Below, one piece after another: positions 51,301 through 61,700 of a DNA stretch of 64,000 nt. The notes under the pieces were generated by a model. It was given only the letters and a program-made list of their open reading frames with translations, ran no database searches and had not been told where the DNA came from. Where the stretch lies: the NCBI RefSeq assembly GCF_036321535.1, contig NC_087464.1:17112001-17176000 (forward strand), read 5' to 3'. This stretch comes from Camelus dromedarius. Its lineage: Eukaryota. The stretch's first letter is position 1, and each line of letters opens with the position of its first letter. The translations under genes were made by a program, and so were the position numbers.

Positions 51301-52722
51301 CGCTTAGCTCCTCATTTTACAGATGGGGAAACTGAGCTTTAGAGGGGGTGTGTCTTGTCTCAGGTCAGACAACGAATTAGTTGACTAGGAGCAGTTTTCC
51401 TGGGCTTCCAAGTAAGAGCTGTGTTATACCTGTTTCTTCTAGCCATTTGGTAAATACACATTGAGAACTTAAGTGTCCCCACTAGCTTTTCTTTTTCCCT
51501 CTTTTAAAAAAGTTTTTCCTTCCCTATTTTGGAGGGAGGGGTGTTATCTGAGTCTTTATAATGCAGTAATGATATTTTAAAATAACTTTTCATTGCGTTT
51601 TAGTCTTTATTTTAAATAATTTGTAGTATCACTGCTCACAACATTTTGTAAAATTTCCATTCAGGTTTTTTTTTCTTGTGTATGTGTTCATTTTCTTTTT
51701 TTTTTAAAGGTATTGGGGTCATACTGTGTCTATGGTTTTTCTGCCTCGCTTGTTTTGTTTTTATCCATTGATTTTCACATTATCAGCGTTACCTTAAATC
51801 ATTAATAATTAATAATCCTTGTCAGCATAATTTTTTAAATATTTAAAATTCCATACAGCAGAGTGCACGAATCTTAAATTTCATATGCATGCTCTTATGC
51901 AACCATTGTCAAACCAAGATATACAACATTTCCAGCTTCTTTGAGCCCCTTCTCAGTCAGTAACCCCCACCCTCAAAGGTAGCCATTTTACGTCAGAATA
52001 GTTTTTAATATATTTTACTATATTTATATTTAATATGGATGTGCCATAATTAACTATTTTGCTGCTGGATTTTTAATGTGTCAGATTTTTTTTTTTTTTG
52101 CAATTAGAAACAATGCTATGGTTGTGTGTCTTTGCAAATAAATTTCTCATAGCAAAGATGGTTATTTTTATGAAAATTCCTTAGGGGGTAAGCTAGATCT
52201 AAGAGTATGAACATTTTTAAAACTTCATATTTTAAAATATGGTAATAATGCAGTTGAGATATTACCTTCCTTCTAGTGAGGCTCAAAGTGCTTTGACATC
52301 TGATCCTTTGCTAATCTTTAAGTTGTCCCCTTCAGATAAGTAGGATGGGTGTGATTATCTCTACTTACTAGGCGATCAGTGAGGTTAAGTGACTGGGTTG
52401 TATATTAGGTCAAGGTCACTCACTCTGCCGTAAGTCTGAACTGACTCAGGGCAGGATAACTCAGTCCTGGGTTCTTGCGAGGGCTTTGAATTTCTGATAC
52501 TCATACTTTGGTCTCTTGGAAAGAAAAATACTGTATTTTTTATACTTGTGATTCTTCTTTTCTTGCCATAGAGATGTTTTCAAGAATAAGCCATTTTTCC
52601 TTTAAGAAGGGCAGGAAACTTCTGTTGATTTGCGGATGTAAGAATCACTTGGTGGCCTGACCTGGGCTGCTGTGAGTTTTAGGACAGTTTACTTATTGAT
52701 TCTGGTTCTTTCTTGTTCTTAG

Positions 52723-52818
52723 GCAGACTGCTTGTTGAAATTTGAGGAGGGAGCTGCCTTCTCGGAGAGCCTGGCTGGAAAAGACTAAAGTTCAAGGTTA
52801 AAAGCCCCAAGACTGCGG
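52723..52818 (+). other. ZSCAN2: ZSCAN2 exon 2, 5' UTR portion
   Basis: Acceptor TTCTTTCTTGTTCTTAG ending at 52722; no upstream ATG before 52819. Confidence 0.75.
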
Positions 52819-53224
52819 ATGATGGCCTCAGAGGTGCCGAGAGTAACCACTCCTCTGAGCCCCTTAGTCCAGATGCCTCAAGAGGAGGATGAGCAGGAGG
52901 AGGAGGTGGCCACCATGATCCTGGAGGACGACTCCTGGGTGCAGGAAGCTGTGCTGCAGGAGGATGGCCCTGAGGCTGAGCCCTTTCCTGAGAGTGCTGG
53001 CAAGGGCAGCCCCCACGAGGAGGCAGCTGGGGGGCCACAGGGTGCACTTGGCCGCCTTCGAGAGCTCTGTCGGCGCTGGCTGAGGCCAGAGGTGCACACC
53101 AAGGAGCAAATGTTGACAATGCTGCCAAGGGAAATTCAGGCCTGGCTGCAGGAGCATCGGCCTGAAAACAGCGAGGAGGCAGCGGCCCTGGTGGAAGACT
53201 TGACCCAGACCCTTCGGGACAGTG
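52819..53224 (+). CDS. ZSCAN2: ZSCAN2 first coding exon (406 nt): acidic N-terminus plus SCAN domain
   Basis: [50 protein letters not shown]...[56 protein letters not shown]; donor G|GTAAGA at 53225. Matches recalled human ZSCAN2. Confidence 0.96.
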
Positions 53225-53929
53225 GTAAGATGCAGACCCTTATAAGGTGAGGGCGGGAGCACCCCTCTGAGGTGGAGGGGTGTGGGTTTGCAGAGGAGGA
53301 GAAGGTGGTATCCAGGACTGAGTCTGGGTCGGTGTCATCCCTCTACTCTGTCTGCAGGCAGTCAGCCCATTGTCATGCTTTTTAACGCCCTGGTTGTGTA
53401 CAGTGACAGTTCCAGAATTTCAGTGTAAGAGGGGCTTAGAGGACTATTCTTGGGGCTACATTTACAGAGTTAGCACAGTTTTTACTTCTGTGTTTATTCG
53501 GAGTGGTTGGGAAGCTGATGGAGGTTATGGGGGGCAGAGGCTGGGAGACCCTGTAAACCACCCTTTGGCACTTTCACCTGGTTGTACAGTAAACACCCAA
53601 ATATTTAAGTTCCAACAGTCAGAAAAACCAAATCCTATTTTTTAAAAGTGATTATTTTTGTGAAATCAAGGTAAGTGACTAGTAAACCAGCTAATAATTA
53701 GGGACTTATCTGTGGTATAAAGCCATCCTGGGGTCTTAAAAGAGTAATTCCAAACTTGAGCTTTGTGCAACAGTTAGTATATTTGTCTGTTGTGTTATTC
53801 ATACGTTGTGGGATCCAGATGTGCCGTTTAACAACTCTAGCTCCATTCTGGTCTTCAGTTGTAAACTGGACTCCCTTGATTACCAGGTATTTACTCAGAT
53901 CTACCTGCACTGTCAGGACCCGTGGGAAA

Positions 53930-54420
53930 TGATGGCTGGCTGCCTCTGTGCTGATAAGTGTAGAAGTTCAGGAAAAGGAGTGGGGAGAGGAAAGGTCAGA
54001 GAAGGTGTCACAGAGGATGTGAAACTTGAGCAGGAATTGCAGCTGGAGTGGGGTTTGGAAAGGTGTGGGACAGGAGGAAGGCATGGCATCCCAGAGGAGC
54101 TGTGCTCAGTAGAGGCTGGGAGGGTGGACCCGCCTGGGAGAGTTCAGGTGACAATAAGGAAGGCTGGCTGATTGGAGTGAAAAGTGTGTTTTTAAGAAGT
54201 GGTGGGAAGTAGAGTCCAGGGGAAGAGTGGGTGGAGGCTTGGACTGAATGTCTTTGGCCTCAGCAGGTTCTAAACTAGGGCCCGAGGGCCGTGGGAGGAA
54301 GCTGAGTCGAGCAACAGGATGCAGGTTTGATTAGAGCAGGGGGAGGCTGGAGGTAAGAGAGCAGCTAGGAAGCCGCCTAGACACTGGGTGTGCAGGGATA
54401 GGGGTTGGGCTGAGGTGGGG
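53930..54420 (-). mobile_element. L2 fragment
   Basis: Purine-rich GGAAAGGTCAGAGAAGGTGTCACAGAGGATGTGAAACTTGAGCAGGAATTG motif. Confidence 0.55.
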
Positions 54421-54939
54421 ACAGCAGGGGACAAGGAAGAGATTGGACACGTGTGGGAAAGAACTAATAGTAACACTGGCCAGCATTGATCTATCCTTTT
54501 GGGGGCCAGGCAGTATGCCTAGCATCTCATATGCAAAACGCATGTAAACTTCACCACCTTGGTAGAAATGTAGGATTATTATCATCAGAGAAGATAAGTG
54601 ACTCCCTTAAGGTCCTACAGCTAGTACAAGGCTGAATCAGGATTCCAGCTTGTGGGTCTGAGGACATGGCTCATGTTCTTAAGCATTTTGTCACATCTGT
54701 GATGCAGAAATGATAGTTCCCAGTAGGGTGTTGGAAAGAGGGGATGCAAATGAGGACTAAGACAACAGTGACTAAATCAGAGGCATTTCACCTAGAGGAT
54801 TCAGGAGACTGGAAAGGGAAGGTGGTTTGGGGGCAGAGTTGTAACAGTGCCCAGGGCCTTGGGAGATGTGAGCAGAGCTGTCCTTTGGAGAAAAGGGTGG
54901 TCAGGGAGGGCCTGCTGTGAGCCCCGCCCTGCACTGAGC

Positions 54940-55110
54940 ACCATACATGTCTGTGTCCATGTCACTGACAGTCTCGGGAGGTAGGTGGGACTGTCACTTT
55001 ATAGACGAGGGAATGGAAGTTCAGCAAGGTCAAGCTCTTCCTTGAGGTCATACAGCTGGTTAGTAGTGGAGCCAGGATTCAAACTCCAGTCTCTTTGCCT
55101 CCACGTGTGT
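54940..55110 (-). mobile_element. MIR
   Basis: CACTTTATAGACGAGGGAATGGAAGTTCAGCAAGGTCAAG...GGAGCCAGGATTCAAACTCCAGTCT. Confidence 0.75.
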
Positions 55111-56498
55111 TTGGTAGATCCCACGCTGTATTTGAAGCAAAGGCCCTGAAAAAACGCTTTGAATTTTATTCTTCCTACTTAAAAAAATGAAAAACCTCTC
55201 ACTCGCTTTAAAAACTTTACTTGTCTCCTGATAGATGTGGCAAGTTTGTAATGAACCTCAGGATCTTCAGTTAGATGCCATGGAGAGGCCAGAGGGGTGG
55301 AGGGCTGAGGACAGTCCTCTGGGGTTATTGTTCACTTGGGGAAGTCACAAGGCAGGGGGTCAGGTCTTGTCTGGTGTCTCTGAGGCAATGACAGGCTCGC
55401 ACTGTGACAGCCCTGCCCACCTGGCTTACTGGAGGGGCTTTGTGCTTGTCATCTTTCCTGGGACATCCCAGATTGAGTCCCAGATTGAGTGAGTTTGTCA
55501 GTGCTCTGATTTCTGCCTTTGAGACCATCTTTGTTGGATTTTATTTGTTTTATGCATGCTCCCACCTTCCTCCTGATGCTCAGAGGAACCTCTGCAATTA
55601 TCTCCATCTCTTCTCAAACATTTACTCAACATAAGACCACTTGATCTCTAGTCTGTTTGTCCAGCTTGGGACCTTTGGTCACATTTACCTAGCACAGGAC
55701 ATTTCAAGGCCTGGTTAGACAGTGGTTGTTCAATATTTGACTGGCAGTCACCTCGAAGGTGCTCACAGTGAAAGTATCTTGTACTTCTAGTTGAGATTGG
55801 ACCTATATTAATAGTTGAAGTGGTAAAGCTCATCTCTTTCTGAGTGTCTCCCCGGGACATTTTAATCCCCACACGCAGCCCTAATTCAGGTCCTTGGTAT
55901 TTCACCCGAACTCTTGCCTCCAAAGGGAACCTGCCGTCAGCCTCCTTCCCCTACATTGCAGCTGCTCCACTCCCACCCAAGTAATCGGATGCTTTCCTGC
56001 TTCAGAATCTTCTTCAGTTTCCCAGTGTCTCTAAATCAAGCATGACTTCTTTGTTCTGCTTGCAACATGTGGCCTTGAGTGACCTGGCTCAGATGGCTCC
56101 TGGCCGGTCCTCCCCTCATCCCCTTGCCACAGCCCTGGCTCCATTCAGACTAGATCTTGCTGTTTCTTGAACGTAGCCTGTGCTTTCTAGCATTCACCTG
56201 TGCTCCTGAATGTTGACTTGGAATGGTCTTGTCCGTTCCCATGTGATAAAATCCTGGTTGTTCGTTGAGTGCATCGCTTTGGAGACCTGCCCCATAAAGC
56301 TGTCCTTACTTCTGGCCCCTCTTCCCCGTCCCCAGTTCCACCCAGCCGGGAGCCTCTGATCACCTCTGCTAGAAGTCATCTCCCCCAGAACATTTGGATT
56401 CTCCTTCTCTTTCGGCTTTTTATCATATCCCGTTGTGTTTTCTACTTATATAAATACTCATCTTATTTCTTCTAGGAACCTATAAAATTCCAAAAGTC

Positions 56499-56659
56499 GG
56501 GAGGAGGGTATCGCTCAAGTGGTAGAGTGCATGCTTAGCATACACAAGGTCCTGAGTTCAATCCCCAGTACCTCCTCCAAAAATAAATAAATAAGTAAAC
56601 CTAATTACCCCCCCCCCAAAAAAAAGATAAATTAAAAACAAGTTTTGGGGTTTTTTTTT
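56499..56659 (+). mobile_element. Camelid SINE with TSD
   Basis: Full-length; TSD AATTCCAAAAGTC on both sides. Confidence 0.92.
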
Positions 56660-58216
56660 AATTCCAAAAGTCAAGGAACTTGGCCTTTTTTAATTTTTCA
56701 CTCTCACCGCACCACACCAGGCACAATGCCCTACACATAGTGGGAACTTGTTAGGATAGTAAATGAAGCCTTCCTGCCTCCCTGCAGGTGGGAGCGGCTC
56801 ACCTGCTGGGTCCCTGAAGGAGACGGACAGACAGCTACTTCATTCCAGGCTTATCTCCTTTTCCTTGAGAAAGCCAAGCTAAACTTTTGTTTTAAAACAA
56901 AATGGGGTCAAGGCCAAATGTGGCAGAACATAGCCAGGGATACTTCCAAATCTGAAAGGAAGCGTAGATAAGACTGTAGCTTAGACCTGGCGAATACTCA
57001 GGCCAGTAGGCAAGTCAGGCAGCTCAGTCCAGCAAAAGAGCACCTACTCTTAGGTTCTCGTTCTCGGAAGCTCCACATTAATCCTTGGTTTATATTCAGC
57101 AAACTCGGTGAATACTGTCGCATTTATGCTGTTATTCAAGATATTTTTAAATATGGAGAACGTGTTTCTGGGTTCAGAGGTGTGCACTATTCCTCCTCCT
57201 CAAGTTCCAAAGGCTCGAGGATAGAAGCCGGGAGGCGGCCTTTTCCACCTGCTGTTATCCAGCCAGACTGGTAGGGATAGTACATGGAACTGGCAGCATT
57301 TACTTGAATGGACAAGCTTTGGACTGGGAAACCTAAGGTGTGGTGAGTCCATAGCCCAAGAGGGACATTTGCCTGAAGGTGTCTTGCAATGGGGAGCTGG
57401 TCTTGGATGTGGCCACCAGTACACAAATGACAGAGAAAATGAAACTGCGGAGGTCTGGACTTGCTAGCCTCAGTAGGGCAGTACCCTTCCTGTAGCGACC
57501 ATCTGTCCAGAGATGCGGTCTTTCCGTTTAGATGAGATTGGTTCATGCCTGGAGCTGTGTTTTCAGCCTGTGTCTCACAGGCCTGTTGAAAGACTGTTTA
57601 TGAAAAGTACTAATTATCTCTGTTGTTTGTTACAAATTACTGTTGTAAAAACCAGTACACTTCTGGTTTTTTTCCCCTAGTGATTTGGGGAATAACAACC
57701 CAAATTTTCCAAGGCAGTCTTGAATATAAAATCTTTGTACTTGTAAATCATCAAAATGTCACCAATTCCAATATCTGGCAGCCAAACCATACCTCTCAGA
57801 CTGTCTCATTTCCCTCTGTAAGAGGCCTGGGCCCTGGGGCCAGAAGTCATTTCTTAAATTGTGTGGCCCAATTTTTGTCCAGAAAGTATAGTCACTAGAG
57901 CTGAGACAGCTTGTCCCGGACTGTTCTCTAATTGCTCTGCCCACATTCATCTAACTTTCTGTGTGAAGCTAGCAGAAAAATACCTTTAGAGCCCAGAGAC
58001 CAGTGGACTCATGCCACAGCGGCCTCCACCAGATAACCCCAGACCAGTGTGGTTGCAACATCAGGGTGAAAGGGGAAATGCTCCTCTCCTAACAGATTCA
58101 TTTTATCTCATACAAGCACCGTCACTCAAGAAAGAAACTGCTGACATCAGAGGGGAGCAAAGGGGAAATGATAGGGCTCAAAATTGACAAACGCCTGACA
58201 TATAAATCCTCTAAAC

Positions 58217-58743
58217 GTTAGTGCAGTGTGGGGTCCCTGCACCAGCGTCATCAGCTCCACCTGGAAATGTGTTAAAATGTGTTCCTGGGCCCCACTTCAG
58301 ACCTACTGAACCAGAAACCCTGGGGGTGGGGGTCTGGCACTCAGGTTTAACAAGCCCTCCAGGTGATCCTGCTTCAGTCTCCTGTTTGAGAACCACTGCA
58401 CTAGACCTCTGGTTCTCAAACTTGGCATCACATGGGAATCACTGAAGTCCTGGAGCCCACTTCCAGGCATTCTGATTTTCTAATTTAGTTGGCATGGGGT
58501 GTGGCCCAGGCCAGGGAGTTTTGAAAGCCCCCCTGGTGGTTTAAAGATGCAGCAAAATTTAAAAACCACTGCTCCAGAGCCTTGTTACTCAGGGTTTGGT
58601 CCATGCCCCCAGAACATTGGGGTCACCTGGGAGCTTGTTAGAACCGCACACTCTTGGTCTCCGCCCAGCCCCACTGAAGCATAATCTGCATTTAACAAGA
58701 TCTCCAGGTGATTTGTATGCCCTTTGAAGTTTGAGAGGCACTC
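58217..58743. mobile_element. Three abutting MER5-family MITEs (MER5A-, MER5A1-, MER5B-like)
   Basis: Elements at ~58217-58398, 58407-58571 and 58580-58743, separated by 8-bp spacers CACTAGAC and CTCCAGAG. Confidence 0.8.
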
Positions 58744-58994
58744 TAGACTAGAGAGAATGGAGGTTACCAACTTCAAACCTACTCTTATCCAGCAGTTGAG
58801 TGGAAGAGTCACAGCGACCTGTCCAGCTGTCCTCAGCATCTCACCTGGCTTTTGGTGGGCACTGGCAACAGCTCACCTATTTTGAACTTGCTATCCCAGC
58901 AAAATGCTCCCTCAGTGGTAGCAAATGAACAAATACATTCATTTTTCTTAAGAAGAAGGAGAGTGGAGAGTGTTGCAGGGTTGTAAAGGTCTAT

Positions 58995-59162
58995 GTCTTT
59001 TTTTTTTTTTTTTTTTGCTTTTTACTTTTTGCTTTTTTTGTGGGGGGCAGGGAATTCGGTTTATTTATTTACTTACTTTTGGAGGAAGTACTGGGGATTG
59101 AACCCAGGACCTTGTGCATGCTAAGTATGCACCCTAACGTTTGAGCTATACCCACCCCACCC
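58995..59162 (-). mobile_element. Camelid SINE with TSD
   Basis: TSD TGTAAA(G/T)GTCTAT at 58982-58994 and 59163-59175. Confidence 0.9.
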
Positions 59163-59923
59163 TGTAAATGTCTATTTTAAAAATTTTTTTTATTTTTATT
59201 TTTTGTAAATGTCTTTTTAAAGCTATAATTGTTAGGTTCAAAATGAAATTACTTGTAATTCACTTAAATATTTGAAATGTATACCATGTAGAACTCAGAG
59301 AGAGATGTGGCATTGTAACTGTAAAATGTTTGGCAGTCGTTCATTTAAACTGATAACAGCGCCTTGCTGTTTTTATCGGCAGTTGGTCTTCCAAGCAGCG
59401 TTCAGGAGGAACAACGGTCCCAGTCACCCAGGCATGATTAAGGTTCCTGCCAGCCTTGCCAGGGCAGCGCCCTGATGGGGAGAGCCCCACTTGGGCATCA
59501 GCTGTATCAGAATTACAGAATCACTTCTGTATTTTAGACCAATGGCTCTGACCATGGTGTTGAGACACAGCAGTATGTCACAATCAGGTGGGAGGGAACT
59601 TACAGGAATTCTGAGCCTAACACACATTAAAGCACCGAAGTTTGTGACCAGTTATCTCGTTGATATAAATAAATTACAGCAAATTCAGACTTATACCCCT
59701 TCTAGCTTGGGAAAGAAAGATGAGGCCTCTGACCAGGCAGGGGACACGCTTGGGCACTGTGAATTCCATGAGAGTGTACTATGCATGTGAGTCTAGAGCC
59801 ATTGGTTTAGACTGAGGTTCATTTGTTTACTAACCAATAAGGGACCTGTGGCAATTCAGGAACCATTGAGTGGATGGTATTTGGACAGTGGTCTAACCAT
59901 TTTTTAAAAATTAAAATTGGAGG

Positions 59924-60058
59924 CAGGAGCTCACAGCGAAAAAAAAAATGTGACAATGAATATATGTATGTTCATGTATAACTGAAAAATTGTGCTCTAC
60001 ACTGGAATTTGACACAATATTGTAAAATGATTATAAATCAATAAAAAATGTTAAAAAA
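59924..60058 (+). mobile_element. Young L1 3' tail with 11-bp TSD
   Basis: TATGTTCATGTATAACTGAAAAATTGTGCTCTACACTGGAATTTGACAC...AATAAAAAATGTTAAAAA; TSD AAAATTGGAGG. Confidence 0.85.
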
Positions 60059-60063
60059 AAAAT

Positions 60064-60225
60064 TGGAGGTGGGAGGGTATAGCTCAGTGGTAGAGCAGGT
60101 GCTTAGTTTAGCCTACATGAGGTCCTGGGTTCAATTCCCAGTTACCTCCATTTAAAAAAATAATAAATAAATAAACTTAATTATCTCCCCCTCAAATAAA
60201 ATTTAAAAATTTAAAAAATTTAAAA
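60064..60225 (+). mobile_element. Camelid SINE
   Basis: GGAGGTGGGAGGGTATAGCTCAGTGGTAGAGC...GGTCCTGGGTTCAATTCCCAG. Confidence 0.9.
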
Positions 60226-60781
60226 CCCGATCCCTATTTCATAACTTAAAATAGATCTCTGCCTCACGAGTTATACAGAAATGAATTCCAGATGAGTTAT
60301 AGATCTATACTGTAAAAAATTTGGCATCACCTATAGAATATTTTTGTAATCTTACTGTGGGGTAGGACTTCTTAACCTTAAGCAAGACAGAAATCTTCAA
60401 AGCTAGATTGGACTCATGAAAACAGAAAAAAAAGCCTTTATATAAAAAAGGTACTATGAACAAAGTTCAAAGACAGTGCACAGACTAGGAGGAAATATTT
60501 TCCACAAAGTCTGCAGTGTAGCAGATAAGGGTAAAAATCGCAATCTGTAAGAGCATCTAAAATTCATAAGAAAAGTCAACCCAGTGGAATCAAAGGTAAA
60601 AGATATGACCAGACAATTTAGAAATGAAGGAAAACAAATTATAACCATATGAAAAGATGTTCAACCTAACAAATCATCAGGGAAATACCCATTAAAACAA
60701 GATACTATTCTTTTGCCTATTAGACCATCAAAAATAGAATAGTATTTCTAAGAATTCTCTGCCCTTCTGAGCATTTATTTA

Positions 60782-60954
60782 TTTATTTTTATAAAGCTAT
60801 TTCTTTTTTTCTTTTAATTTTGTTCCTTTTTTGGGGGGGTGTAATTAGGTTTATTTATTTATTAATGTTTCTTTTAATGGCGGTACTGGGGATTGAACCC
60901 AGGACCTTGTGCATGCTAAATATGCAGTCTACCACTGAGCTATATCCTCCCCTC
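60782..60954 (-). mobile_element. Camelid SINE with 16-bp TSD
   Basis: TSD TCTGAGCATTTATTTA at ~60766-60781 and 60955-60970. Confidence 0.9.
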
Positions 60955-61039
60955 TCTGAGCATTTATTTAATCCTTTAAAATTAATTTCAAAAATTTTCT
61001 AGTAATGATCAACTATTTTACATATGATAGAGTACATAA

Positions 61040-61700
61040 AATGATTTGTAAGAGCCATAAATTCTTTTTTCTTGTTGTTGTGGTAAAATATATATAACAT
61101 AAAATCGTCATTTNNNNNNNNNNNNNNNNNNNNNNNNNNNNNNNNNNNNNNNNNNNNNNNNNNNNNNNNNNNNNNNNNNNNNNNNNNNNNNNNNNNNNNN
61201 NNNNNNNNNNNNNNNNNNNNNNNNNNNNNNNNNNNNNNNNNNNNNNNNNNNNNNNNNNNNNNTGACCTCTGGCAGCCACCATTCATTTTTCTGTCTTTAT
61301 GAATTTGCTCTGGGTACTGTATGGAAGAGGAATCATACAATATTTGTGCTTTCGTGACTGGCTAATTTCACGTAACATAATGTCCTCCGGGTTCATCCAT
61401 GTTGAAGCATGGGTCAGACTTCCATTCCTTTTTAAGGCTGAATAATATTCATTGTGTGTATAGACCACATTTTGTTTATCCATTTGTCTGTGGGTAGTCA
61501 CTTGGGTTGTTTTCAACTTTTGATTATCATGAGCCATGCATGCACAAGGATATTTGATATCCCTGCTTTCAGTTCTTTTAGATACATACCCAGAAGTGGA
61601 ATTGTTGGGTCATATGGTAATTCTGTGTTTAATTTTTTGAGGAATTGCCAGACCATCTGCCACAGTGGCCGCACTATTTTACATTCCCTCCAGCAGTGCA
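61040..61700 (-). mobile_element. L1MB-type 3' end spanning the gap
   Basis: CCATTCCTTTTTAAGGCTGAATAATATTCATTGTGTGTATAGACCACATTTTG...TTTTTTGAGGAATTGCCAGACC. Confidence 0.85.
61114..61262. other. Assembly gap (149 N)
   Basis: Run of N. Confidence 1.

Noticed and set aside
52679-53262. Antisense ORFs over the SCAN exon
   Set aside because: Shadows of the ZSCAN2 coding strand.
58527-58539. CTCF-like CCACCAGGGGGGC (minus)
   Set aside because: Mismatch at a conserved C and lies inside a MER5; binding cannot be supported from sequence alone.
505-60954. tRNA-Ala-like genes (A/B boxes, GGTTCAATCCC)
   Set aside because: All are SINE heads with AT-rich tails, TSDs and broken cloverleafs; not tRNA genes.
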